Shown here piece by piece: positions 36,501-47,500 of a stretch of 64,000 nucleotides of DNA. Source of the stretch: a virus (Duplodnaviria; Caudoviricetes). Both the position numbers and the translations under genes were made by a program. The notes under the pieces were generated by a model. The model made no database searches and was not told where the DNA came from. It saw only the letters and a list, made by a program, of their open reading frames with translations. Numbering within the stretch: the stretch's first letter is position 1; every line of letters begins with the position of its first letter. The stretch covers positions 91-64,090 of the IMG/VR virus record IMGVR_UViG_2508501067_000008. One strand, 5' to 3'.

Positions 36501-36664
36501 TCAACACCTGCGACTTCGAGGTCCGCGCCTGCTACAGCCGTGGCAGAGGCGGCAAATGCTATGTCGCCTGGATTGATCAGATGCCCGACATCAAGGCTCG
36601 CGGCTCGTCCCTCACGGAGGCCGTACAAGAAGTAGAGAAAGCTCTCGTACTTGCGTTGGGCTGA
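36497..36664 (+). CDS. Stand-alone HicB-like domain (start uncertain)
   Basis: CYVAWIDQMPDIKARGSSLTEAVQEVEKAL. Confidence 0.5.
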   Translation, partial: VVNTCDFEVRACYSRGRGGKCYVAWIDQMPDIKARGSSLTEAVQEVEKALVLALG

Positions 36665-36756
36665 CACCTTTTCGCCGTCGCATGGCGTCATTGATCGTCC
36701 GGTTGGTCGATCCGACGAAAGGAATTGTTCCATGCGACGGCGCCACCTATCCACCA

Positions 36757-38310
36757 ATGACAAATCGCATCGCCAACTACATCCAGGCCGGGTACTCCGG
36801 CCTCTATATCATCAGTCACGAGGAAGTGCGGGTCGAAGCGACTATGGTCGCCGTCCTCGAATCGCTCAACAGCGGGCTGCCGAAAAATGACCCGAACAAC
36901 AAGCAATTCAACCTGTTCGCAGCCTCGGTAACGAAGGGCATCGTCAACGTTACCGAGTCGAAAAAACTGGCCGAGGAGACCGATCCGCTGGGGATTCTCG
37001 ATGCGTTCGGGGAAGCCGATCCGAGATCGGTCTTTCTCTGCTACGACTTCCATCTGTTCATCGAAGACCGGAATCCACTCATCTGGAGGAAGCTCCGGGA
37101 CTGCCTCGCGGAGGCGAAAGCCCATTCCAAAACCTTCGTAATCCTCGGGTGCCGTCTGGCGCTCCCTCCCGAACTTGAGAAAGAAATCACGGTGCTGGAT
37201 TTCACTCTTCCAGATCGCGAACAGCTCAAAAACATCCTCCATGCCCTGGTAAAGGATAACAATCTCGGCGAAGGCTGCGTGCAGGACGAAAAAGCCATCG
37301 CCGACGCCGCCACCGGCCTCACCACCGGGGAGGCGGAACAGGCATTCGCTCTCTCGGTAGTCGAAACCCGCCACATTGCAAAGGACATTGTCTACCGGGA
37401 GAAGTGCCAGACCGTCCGCAAGAACGGATTGCTTGAAATCATCGACTCCAAAGTCACACTCGCCGACATCGGCGGACTCGAGAACCTCAAAAAATGGCTT
37501 CTGGAACGTCGCGACGCCTTCGGCGACGCCGCACGCAGCTACGGCCTGCCCGTCCCCCGCGGATTCCTGACCGTCGGGCAGCCCGGCACCGGAAAATCCC
37601 TTACCGCAAAGGCGTGCCGCAGCGTATTCGGAGTTCCATTACTCCGTCTCGACGCGGCACGGCTGTTCGGGTCGCTCGTCGGCCAGTCCGAGCAGAACTG
37701 GCGAACTGCCCATGCCACAGCCAAGGCCATGGCGCCCTGCATCCTCTGGATCGACGAAGCCGACGGGGCGTTCAGTGGCTCCGGGTCTTCCGGCCAGACT
37801 GACGGCGGCACGACGGCACGAGTCATCAAGTCTATCCTGCAAGACATGCAGGACGGATCGGAAGGCATCTTCTACGTCCTGACGGCGAACGACGTCGACA
37901 ACCTCCCCTCCCCTCTTCTCCGGCGCATGGACGAAGTCTGGAACGTCGAACTGCCGACGGGGCCTGAGCGCGAGGCGATCTGGCGAATCCAGATCGCAAA
38001 GGTTGGCCGGAATCCGGACAGCTTCAACCTCGCCCGGCTTGCCGCGAGTTCCGACGGCTATAGCGGCGCCGAAATCGAGAAAGTGGTGAGTCAGGCGCTG
38101 TATCGTGCTTTTGCTGACGGCCATCGCGAACCCGTCACGGAAGATGTCTTCGCAATCATCGAAGACTTCCTGCCGCTGTCGAAGACGATGGCGACCGACA
38201 TCGAACGCCGCCGAAAACGTCTGGAAGGTGTCGCCAAACCCGCGAACGGTGAAGTCAAGGTGAACGTAGCGAAACCGGTGCGTAAGATCACCGCCATCGG
38301 GAAGAACTGA
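36757..38310 (+). CDS. Ycf46-like AAA+ ATPase
   Basis: Degenerate N-terminal AAA domain, IGGLENLKKWL, GQPGTGKSLTAK, LWIDEAD, TANDV, YSGAEIE. Confidence 0.88.
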   Translation: MTNRIANYIQAGYSGLYIISHEEVRVEATMVAVLESLNSGLPKNDPNNKQFNLFAASVTKGIVNVTESKKLAEETDPLGILDAFGEADPRSVFLCYDFHLFIEDRNPLIWRKLRDCLAEAKAHSKTFVILGCRLALPPELEKEITVLDFTLPDREQLKNILHALVKDNNLGEGCVQDEKAIADAATGLTTGEAEQAFALSVVETRHIAKDIVYREKCQTVRKNGLLEIIDSKVTLADIGGLENLKKWLLERRDAFGDAARSYGLPVPRGFLTVGQPGTGKSLTAKACRSVFGVPLLRLDAARLFGSLVGQSEQNWRTAHATAKAMAPCILWIDEADGAFSGSGSSGQTDGGTTARVIKSILQDMQDGSEGIFYVLTANDVDNLPSPLLRRMDEVWNVELPTGPEREAIWRIQIAKVGRNPDSFNLARLAASSDGYSGAEIEKVVSQALYRAFADGHREPVTEDVFAIIEDFLPLSKTMATDIERRRKRLEGVAKPANGEVKVNVAKPVRKITAIGKN

Positions 38311-38314
38311 CGAC

Positions 38315-39333
38315 ATGAGTAACTTCACCGTATCCGTATGTCCGGATACCCTCCGAACATTCCTCTGTAGGGAGGGTCGCGACAACAACGTTGCGGAGGT
38401 GTTCGACCATGACGGCATTGCCGCCTACGATCAGGCCGTCGCTATCGCCCATGCAGTCAACAACCACGACACGCTCGTAAAGGCGTTGTCAGAACTTCTT
38501 CATTCGGACCCCAACGTGGATCTCGCAACTGACGACGACCTCGAGGCCGCGACCGACGACTCAAAAGCTGACAGGATCGTCCGGGAGCAAGCCCGGGCCG
38601 TTCTCAAAGCCCGCAACGCACTCCGAAGGACCTCTTCGGTATGAACCTCGAAGACCTGCTAAACGCACTTGCCGACATTGAAGGTAACGACGGAGAAATC
38701 GCCGGCCTTCAGGATCTCGCCCATACCCTATGGGAACATCTCCCGGAAGAACAGCGAATCGAAACGGCTCAACTGTTTGAGGGTATTCTACAGGACGCTA
38801 AAAATACGCAATTCTAGTCATGAGTCTCGAAGACAGAATAAAGAAACGCATTCTCGATATGCAATCATGCGACAAGAACGGGCTCATCCTTGATCTCGTC
38901 GAGATCCTGTATCGGAACCCGGATACAGGACGTATTGACCGCAGAAACGAATGGAGCCAGAGTACAATCGAACGCATCGCTGACCGCCTTGATACCGATC
39001 TGCACGCCAGGGACTGAGAATATGAAAATACCCCTTTCACCGGTTCACTCTGCCGGAAACTCCGACGATGACCGGACTGTCCGAATCGATCTCGGCGACG
39101 CAAGCATTGCGCTGTTCCCGCTCGATGAGCAGGAAACAAACTTCATACGAATATTCTTCGATACCTCGTTTGACCGGTACGCCAGCTATGTTATCGGAGA
39201 TCGGGATCTTATCACCGAGACGCTGTCCGAAGATTTCAATGATCGTCCGATTCCAATCCTTCGGTTCCCAGTCGAGGAGAAGTCGCTCCTGGTAGAATGG
39301 GGGTTCGGGGAAATCGTCAAACGGATAGGGTGA
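38315..39333 (+). CDS. Four small hypothetical genes (38315-38644, 38641-38817, 38820-39017, 39022-39333)
   Basis: Coupled ORFs; 38641-38817 is a 58-aa acidic ORF found by hand. Confidence 0.6.
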
Positions 39334-39376
39334 ATAGAAATATCCGATTATCGTAATAAATCGCAATAATTTTAGT

Positions 39377-40270
39377 ATGCCTATTCCCGCAGGATTCAAA
39401 CCCATGCTCGCCGCCTCGATTCGCACAGAGAAAGGCGAATCCCTCGAACAACTGATATTCCCGCTCCTTGCGACACCCAAAATCGACGGTATCCGCTGCC
39501 TCGTAATCGACGGTGTGGCGATGTCCCGTTCCCTCAAGCCGATCCCGAACCGGTTTATCCAGTCAATGCTTGGTCACCGCGAGTTCGATGGCCTCGACGG
39601 CGAATTGATCGTCGGGAACACATTCCAGGATGCGACTTCGGGCATCATGTCGGAGGACGGGCAGCCGGACTTCCGGTTCACCGTGTTTGATCTCTGGAAT
39701 CGCCCGGAACTCACCTATGCCGACCGCTGCAAAGCACTGGTAAACTCGAACGATCTCAGTCATGATCGTATCCAGATTCTCGATCCGGTCGAATGTCGTG
39801 ACGTCCTGGAACTCGGGGACTATACTGAGCAATTTCTCGCCGCCGGATACGAGGGAGCGATGGTCCGCCGGGCATTCAGTCCGTACAAACATGGACGCGC
39901 CACCTTCCGCGAAGGCTATCTCACAAAGGTGAAGCCCTTCGTGGACGACGAAGCTGTCGTTGTCGGATTCGAGGAACAGATGCACAACGCCAATGAGGCG
40001 AAGACAAACGCCCTTGGCCGTACAGAACGATCCTCCCACAAGGGCAACCTCGTCGGCAAAGACACTCTCGGCGCTCTTATCGTCGAGCACCCGAAATTCG
40101 GTCGATTCAATATCGGCACCGGCTTCACCGATGCGGTGAGGGTCGGCGTCTGGCTTAGCCGTCCGGGTCTCCTCGGGCGGGTAGTGAAATTCAAATACCA
40201 AGCCATCGGCACCAAGGACAAACCGCGCATCCCCGTGTACCTCGGGTGGCGCGATCCAAGGGACACCTGA
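39377..40270 (+). CDS. lig: ATP-dependent DNA ligase
   Basis: KIDG adenylation motif, DGEL, EGAMVR, KVKP, OB-fold IGTGF. Confidence 0.93.
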   Translation: MPIPAGFKPMLAASIRTEKGESLEQLIFPLLATPKIDGIRCLVIDGVAMSRSLKPIPNRFIQSMLGHREFDGLDGELIVGNTFQDATSGIMSEDGQPDFRFTVFDLWNRPELTYADRCKALVNSNDLSHDRIQILDPVECRDVLELGDYTEQFLAAGYEGAMVRRAFSPYKHGRATFREGYLTKVKPFVDDEAVVVGFEEQMHNANEAKTNALGRTERSSHKGNLVGKDTLGALIVEHPKFGRFNIGTGFTDAVRVGVWLSRPGLLGRVVKFKYQAIGTKDKPRIPVYLGWRDPRDT

Positions 40271-40272
40271 GC

Positions 40273-42046
40273 ATGCCAGCTACTACACAAGCCTACGAGG
40301 CCACCAACAAGGGCGGCATAACGATCACCATTCTGGCGCTCAACCCGGAGGACGCCGCGCAAATTGCGGTCGAACCCGGCCACGTCCGCCGCCTGGGCAA
40401 CGTGAAGGTCAGGCCGAAACCTCCCCGGATCGACGGCCATCAGCACCCGTCCCTCGAAGCCCTGATGTCCGCGGGCGCACGGGGCGGCGTGAACTGGTGT
40501 TTCTGGCGACTGACCCTGTCCGAAATCATCGCGGCCAAAATGTCCGGGCAAAAACCAGACCTCCACGAAGGCTGGGAGCTTACATCCCCGGCAAAACCGC
40601 TATGAGCTTACTCTCCGCGTTCAAATCAACACTCGCCTGCGCGTTCATCGAAAAACAACTAACCAAGCTCGGTGAACCCTATGGCGTCCTCGGTGTTCGG
40701 CATCTCGCCATCAAGCCCGATTTCCGGTTTGCTGTTGCCGTGGTTCTGGACGGGGACGCAGACCTCCGTGTCTGGGGTCGGATTCGGTTCGATAACGACA
40801 GCCGGGCCTTCATCGAGACGCTGAACACTGACCGTGCGTGGCTCACTCTTCTTGCCAACTCTCTACCGTTTCTCCGAAACCCTCTGCCCCTGACACCGGA
40901 ACAGACCGCGCAGCTCCGGGGCCTTTGGCCGTGACCGATGCTGACATCACACTCCTTCGTCGTACCGTACAGGCCAGTTCGCCCGAAACCGGCGAGATCT
41001 GCTGGAGTCCGGATGAATACACCGCTCGTAAAGTTATCGGTATTGGTCGTCCCCTGACGACCGGCGGACTGTTCGAGGATGAACCCGAACCGAGCGAGTG
41101 CGCCTTTTTCGCCAACGGTGAATATGTAGCTCTCTACAATACCGAACTCGACGACTTCGCCGTGGTGAAACGCTTTTCGTTATGCCACTGCCAACCGACA
41201 AGGTTCTAGTCTCACGCACATTCCGTCAATGCGCCACCGACCCTTCCGGCGTCGTTTACCATACCAACATGTTCGCTCAAGGAAGCGGACTGTGGGTGTT
41301 TGAAATCGTTCGCGGATCGGAATCGCTCGAATGTATTCTGGCCGCGCCATCCGTGCCAGAAGCACAAGAGGCGCTGAAGCGTGGTCCCGTGTTCCACGGG
41401 ATGCCAAGCCTTGCGGTAGGGTCGAAGAAATTCCGGTGGTCCTACGATCAGTTCGGAGACTGCGTCTTCAGCATGCTGAAATCGGGGGCATACCGCGACG
41501 CTGGCGCCAAGGAGTGGGGAACTGACGACGTATTTCTGGACTGCATAGACGAAATACGCCGCATCATCGGGATTCCAATAACCGTAGAGAAAGCGCGTAT
41601 CGTTCCTTCGAATACTTTCGGCAAATCGGTTCGTAAGCTGATTCTGTGAATCCGCCGCGCAAGATCATACTTCCCGTCCACACGGACGGGCAAAACAAAC
41701 CATGAGCACCATCGACACGTCAAAGTGGGTTGTCGTCGACACCCCGCTCCCGCCGCGTCGCAGCGCCGCCGTGCAGGCCGCTTACGACTTCTTCTGGAAG
41801 CTCGAACTCGGCAAATCTGCCCTCATCCCCAAGGACGAGGCCGGAACGGCACGCAACGCTGCGGCTCAACTGAAACGCGACTCCGAAGGCAACTCCGAAG
41901 TCCGCTTCCGCGACGAGGGCGACGGCGCTCACATCCGCGCAACCAAAATCAAGGACTACACGCCCGAACAAAAGGCGTCCCTTGAGGCCGGCCAACCGTT
42001 GCCCGAATCCGAAACGTCGGAAGACGACGCCCCCGGATCGGAGTAG
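40273..42046 (+). CDS. Array of hypothetical genes (40273-40605, 40602-40934, 40931-41209, 41182-41649, 41646-41705, 41702-42046)
   Basis: Translationally coupled ORFs; 41646-41705 is a 19-aa micro-ORF. Confidence 0.6.
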
Positions 42047-42069
42047 CGACAGCGCGGATACGACAACCC

Positions 42070-42105
42070 GGCCCGCACCCGTCCTTGGGTGCGGGCCTTC
42101 TATTT
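42070..42105 (+). terminator. Intrinsic terminator
   Basis: GGCCCGCACCC-GTCCTT-GGGTGCGGGCC then TTCTATTT. Confidence 0.65.
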
Positions 42106-42113
42106 CCCAAAAC

Positions 42114-42875
42114 ATGGCGAACACTAAAATCTCACCCGAGGTTGCTGACGTACTGCGTCGGTCGACCATCACCGATAACGTACTCGTCCTTCCTCCCGGG
42201 CAGCTACCACGACCGCTTTACGAGGCCGTCGACAAAATACTCAAAAATGCCGGAGGCAAATGGAAGCGCGGAACCGGTCACGTATTTACGTCCGACCCGA
42301 GACCGAAACTTGAACGGGCTCTCGAAACCGGCATCGGCGTCGACGAGAAAAAGCAACTCCAGGCCTTCTATACACCGGCGAAGGTCGCAGCTCGTGTTGT
42401 CGGGTTAGCGGAGGTATACGGACTGACCGTACTGGAACCGAGTTGCGGTGAGGGCGCCCTCATAAAAGAATGCGTGTCGCAAGGCGCACACTACGTTCAT
42501 GGCGTTGAGATAAGCCCGGGTGCAGGGCGCATCGCTGTCGAAAACCTCTACGATGCCGACAACGTCTGCATCACCGGACGGGATTTCTTCGATTGCGGAC
42601 TCTCCGAACTTGGCCTGTACGACCGAATCGTCATGAACCCACCCTTCGCGAAGGGGCAGGATCTGAAGCATATCGAATACGCTCTCAGGTTCCTCAAACC
42701 TGGTGGCCGGCTGGTATCGATCGTTTCACCGATGACTCCGGAGAAACCGAAATTCTGGCGGCGGATGAGCGCACTCGGCGTCCACTGCTACGATCCCGTC
42801 CGCCTCGAGCCAGACCTGTTCAAGGAATCCGGCACACGTATCGCAACCGCAATCGTCATCATCGACAAACTGTGA
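42114..42875 (+). CDS. N6-adenine DNA methyltransferase
   Basis: FYTP, VLEPSCGEG SAM-binding motif, VMNPPF catalytic motif. Confidence 0.88.
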   Translation: MANTKISPEVADVLRRSTITDNVLVLPPGQLPRPLYEAVDKILKNAGGKWKRGTGHVFTSDPRPKLERALETGIGVDEKKQLQAFYTPAKVAARVVGLAEVYGLTVLEPSCGEGALIKECVSQGAHYVHGVEISPGAGRIAVENLYDADNVCITGRDFFDCGLSELGLYDRIVMNPPFAKGQDLKHIEYALRFLKPGGRLVSIVSPMTPEKPKFWRRMSALGVHCYDPVRLEPDLFKESGTRIATAIVIIDKL

Positions 42876-43423
42876 AACCGAAACCCGACCGCGGCCCATG
42901 GATTCAAACCTTCACCGGCCGTCAGTTCTTCCCACTCGACCCGGACCCGCTCGAAATCGACATCGAGGACATTGCCCATGCGCTTGCCCTCCAATGCCGG
43001 TTCGGCGGTCACTCGAGGGCCTTCTACTCTGTCGCACAGCACAGCGTGTTTGTCGCGGACATGTGCCCGCCACACCTGAAGCTGACAGGGTTGCTGCATG
43101 ACGCAACGGAGGCGTACCTCATCGACCTGCCGCGCCCGATAAAACAGGCTATCCCGGAGTACCGGCGGATCGAAGACAAACTGGCTGAGGTCATCGCCAA
43201 GCGATTCACTCCGCATCCGACTTGTCCGATTCAGTTCCATCACCCATTCATCAAGGTCGCGGACAAAATCGCCCTCGCAACCGAGGCCCGCGATCTGCTT
43301 GGCAAGCCGCCTGCCCCGTGGGGTGACGGCGTCGATCCTTCACCCGTCCATATTGAACCGTGGGACTCCCTGAAATCGGAATACGAATTTCTCCGGAGAT
43401 TCCGCGAATGCACCAAACCGTGA
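42872..43423 (+). CDS. HD-domain phosphohydrolase (YfbR-like)
   Basis: IEDIAHALALQCRFGGH, YSVAQHS, LLHDATEAY. Confidence 0.88.
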   Translation: MKPKPDRGPWIQTFTGRQFFPLDPDPLEIDIEDIAHALALQCRFGGHSRAFYSVAQHSVFVADMCPPHLKLTGLLHDATEAYLIDLPRPIKQAIPEYRRIEDKLAEVIAKRFTPHPTCPIQFHHPFIKVADKIALATEARDLLGKPPAPWGDGVDPSPVHIEPWDSLKSEYEFLRRFRECTKP

Positions 43424-43427
43424 ATCC

Positions 43428-43826
43428 ATGCACGTTCCAACCGAGGATAAACCGCGGGTGCTGTACCGAGGTATAATCGCCGGGATCGGGTACCACTACT
43501 TCCGTTTTCGTCCCGACCGGCTACAAAGGTACGACATTGTCGCACTCGTCCCCGAGCCGGCGAACCCCCACGACCGGAACGCAATCCGCGTCGACACCCC
43601 GGACGGCAAAAAGATCGGGTACATTCCAAGGAACCACACCCGTCCAATTCACGAGGCACTCAAAAACAGATCGCGAATAGGAACAGAAATAAAAGTTGTC
43701 TGCAAAGCGCCGGGCCTCGGCGGAACGCCAAACTCCTACCTGATTGAAATCGTGGTACGGACAATTCCGCACCCGAAACCGGCAGCCAGAAAATTCGGCA
43801 AAGCTCCGCGAAAAATTCTGCTCTGA
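43428..43826 (+). CDS. HIRAN-domain protein
   Basis: LVPEPANPHDRNAIRV...IGYIPR. Confidence 0.82.
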   Translation: MHVPTEDKPRVLYRGIIAGIGYHYFRFRPDRLQRYDIVALVPEPANPHDRNAIRVDTPDGKKIGYIPRNHTRPIHEALKNRSRIGTEIKVVCKAPGLGGTPNSYLIEIVVRTIPHPKPAARKFGKAPRKILL

Positions 43827-43849
43827 GCCAGAAATCGAATCTGAAAATC

Positions 43850-44068
43850 ATGCCAAAATTTATCCACCTTAGGGACAACTTGGTCATCAATGCGGACAGC
43901 ATCTCAGCGATCGTTTTCCGCGAATCGGGGCCTTGTCTCGAAATATGCCAATCTCCGAACGATGAACGGTATCTGTTTCAGGACAAGGTTCGGGCTCTGC
44001 GTTTTCTGGAGGAACTCCAGCTCGATACGCTGAGGTTTCTGGTCGCAGGGAAGTGGCAGGTCAGATGA
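43850..44068 (+). CDS. Hypothetical protein
   Basis: 72-aa ORF, plausible start. Confidence 0.5.
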   Translation: MPKFIHLRDNLVINADSISAIVFRESGPCLEICQSPNDERYLFQDKVRALRFLEELQLDTLRFLVAGKWQVR

Positions 44069-44279
44069 GAATGCCTTTTTGAGACCTGTCACAGAGGGGG
44101 AACGGGGTGGAGACCCTGCGAAGGAATTTTTGCTAAAAAGAGATTCCTTACCCTATGGTGGAAGCTATTTTACAAACGTAAATTTTATAAAGCATTAAAC
44201 ATGCCAATTTCTATAAGTCGTTGATAATGCACACTCAACTACCAACAACTTACAACGCTTTCTGTAACAAATCCGCACT

Positions 44280-44567
44280 ATGAACCTGAAATATATTCAG
44301 ACGAAGCACTATCAATGGCTTGAGTCAGTGGGCTGGGCGCACGCTTCGACCCCGCTCGAACAGGTTGCGCTCATCGCCTCCGAGATCGGCGAAGCCGCCA
44401 ACGAGCTTCGCGGACCGGAACCGACAGCCAGGCTCGGCTCCGAACTGGCCGACATCATCCTTCGCACGCTCGGCCTCGCGGAACGCCTCGGCATCGACAT
44501 GGAGACAGAGATCAAGGCCAAAATGGACGCAAATGCCAAACGCGGCACGAAAGGACGCCTGAAATGA
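44280..44567 (+). CDS. MazG-like nucleotide pyrophosphohydrolase
   Basis: SEIGEAANE...SELADII...KMDANAKR. Confidence 0.82.
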   Translation: MNLKYIQTKHYQWLESVGWAHASTPLEQVALIASEIGEAANELRGPEPTARLGSELADIILRTLGLAERLGIDMETEIKAKMDANAKRGTKGRLK

Positions 44568-47500
44568 TCCTCAATCCGGAGTCGCATTTCGGGCTCAAAG
44601 AGACAATCGCCCTCCTCCTCTCGCTGGAAAAACCAAAAAGACGCTCGGTTATCGTTCGAGAAATCGGCTCGGAGTTGGCCTCGCGGCTAGAACGGGCAAA
44701 TTCGCTCGGAAATTCGCTCGCAGACAAATCAAGAAAAGCCTGCGAAGGGTGGTGCAACGGAGATTTTCACCTCGCCGGAACCGAGTACGCAAAGGCCAAC
44801 TTGGCGCTGGTTATCTCCCAACATCCTGTTTACGTGGACCATAACGATGCGATCCTGCTCCCGCCTCCGTCAGTAATGGAATTGATACGTTTACGCTTAC
44901 ACCTTTTACGCTAGGTTTCGCCTCCTCTCCTTTCCCTATATATATTATATTTTATTTACTCCGAAGAACAAGAAACTAGGCGTAAAAGGCGTAAAGGTGT
45001 AAAATGCACCTGAATCTCAATAATCCACTGTGCTGACCTCCGTAGAACTTCACCACCTTTCCGTCCAAGCCCGCAACTGGCTCGAGAATCAATCCCTCGT
45101 GCCCTCGTCCTGGGGCAAACTCCCTGATTTCCCCGAGTCCGCCGACCTGCCGGTCTGGCTCGTCCCCGACGACCCGACCCTGCTTCTGGTTCAGCCCGAT
45201 CCTGAACTGCGTGCCCGTACCTACCGTCGGCGCTACGACCCCGACGAGAAGTCAGCCTGGGTCTTCGTACCCGGAACGGAAAACAGGGTCTGGCTCGTCA
45301 ACGCAAAGCGCCTTCCTGCCCCGTCCAACTGACCGACAGCATCCCTCCCTTCCCGCGTACAGCCCTGGCCTGCCCGGCCAGGGCTTTTTGCATCCCGCAC
45401 ATGAAGACCCGCGACACTTCCTGGAAACCTTGTCGATGGCCTTACAACGACTCGGAATTCTTTGCCTCCTGGCAATGCTACGAGCGAAAGTTTGGTCGAG
45501 GCAGGGTTATCCTTCACCCCTCCGTCTTCGGGAAAGGTCAGTGGGCTTACGTCGCATCGTTTGGCGCGAACAGCCCAAAATCGTTCTCAGGCGGGTTCCC
45601 CGACGGCTTTACCCTTGAACAGGCCAAGGCCAAAATTCAGCAAATATTTTTAGCCGGGAAATTTTGATGTCAGACCATGCCCACGATTCTTGAGGCTTTG
45701 CGCCGCACCGGCCGCACCACGCGCATGCTGGATGCGGCCGTACAGGCTTGCACCGATCCGCCGTTCCCGACTTTTCGGGTGCCCACGGTCTACGTGGGTA
45801 GCCATGAGGAGAAGCGCCGGATTTCTCGGCTGCTTGAGCAGGCAGGGGTGCCTTCCTTGAACGTTCGTGAAGGCGTCCGCGTCGCCGAATGGGGCCGGGC
45901 GGACAACGAATTGACCCGTGACCTGACCGAAGCGATGGGAAACTCGCCGAGCATGTTCTTTGACCATTACGCTCTCGAACGGCGTTTTGGTCCGGTTTTC
46001 GATCTCTACCACCGTTACGATCCGCCGGCGGACTCGCTTCTGCCGAAGGATACCCTCCTCAAGCCATGCCCACGCCCCGAACGCCCGGTTCGAAAACTGT
46101 TCCTGCCGTAAGGGAGAAGCCCTCCAGACTGGACCGTCAGGTACATGGTGCGGTGCGCCAGATTCTCTACAACGAGATCGGGTACGGTCCAGACAAGCTG
46201 CGGCGTTTCCTGTCACGCGCCATCGAGGCCGAAGTTCGGCGGAAAGTGGCCGGCGCCGGCAGTTCGATCACCCAGACGGTGGAAACCAGGGTTCGCAGTA
46301 CGCTCGACGGGCTATCCGCGGATCTCGAGAGATTCAAGGCCGAGTCGATCCGGACGCGGGATGAGGTCTGCGAGTATATCCGCACAATGGGCGAGGATGC
46401 CCGGGCGACTGCCGAGGCCCGCTTGACTCAGGCGGTTACCGCCACCAACATCGAACTCCTCGCCCGGGAAGCCGTGGAACGATACATCCTCGAGCATCAG
46501 GTCGATTTCAAGGCTCTGCGGGAGCGCATTCAGGCCGTTCTGGAGGAAACTGCCGCCCGGGAGATTAAGGCATTCCTCGACGCCAATTTCAGGATCGAGG
46601 TCAAGACCACACCCGGGCGCAAGATACTCCTGCCACCGTAATATTTTAAGGACTACACCATGACTAAACTGGACTGCCAGGTACACGGCGCCAGGTTAAC
46701 CAACGACCGTGTTGCCGCGATCAGGAGATCTCAAGCCCGGTGGGTGGAACTTGCCGAGGAGGCGGAACGATGGGCGTCTTTCGTCGAGGAACGCCGAGCG
46801 GCCGGCGTCGAGATGATGGACTCGCCGGACGTGCTCCGGAACCAGGCCGAGACCTATCGGCGCGTTGTCCGCGCCTACGCCCTCGAACTCGAGGTCGGCA
46901 AGGCGCACTGTGCATGCTGCCTCAAACCGTTCAGCGAGCGCCATTCCTCCGGCCTCTACCCCTAACACACCCGATTCTGTCGACCCGGATTCGTGTATCC
47001 GCGATAACAACACCAAATACCATGACCGAAGAACAAGAAGACCAATTCCGCCTTCGCAAAGCCGACGACTTCGTCACCCACTGCCGGGAATCCGAGAACC
47101 AGGCCCGGCTTGAACTTGCCCGTGCCGTCGAGCTGACCCGGCGGGCGAAGGAGAAATACGAGACGCTCTTCATGGAATGCGAACGCCGGGCGCGACTCCG
47201 CAGCAGAACCTTGAATGCCCAACTCCGATGAAATCACCCGAATACTGGTCTGAGAAAATCTACCGCGAATGCCCATCCCACGTGATGGGAAGGTCATTGG
47301 TGAAACCTGAATTCATCGCCTCGATACAGGCCGACGCGAGGGTTGATCTGGAAAGAGTGTTGGAGGAAATCCGCGGCCTCATGGCGAGCGCCTACGGCAT
47401 ATCGTCTTTCCACTCTCAAGTTCGAAGGATAGCAGAGGCCGCTTTGGCTAAAAGTCACGAATGACGCCGCCGACGCAATATTCGAGGAGGTCCGACAGAT

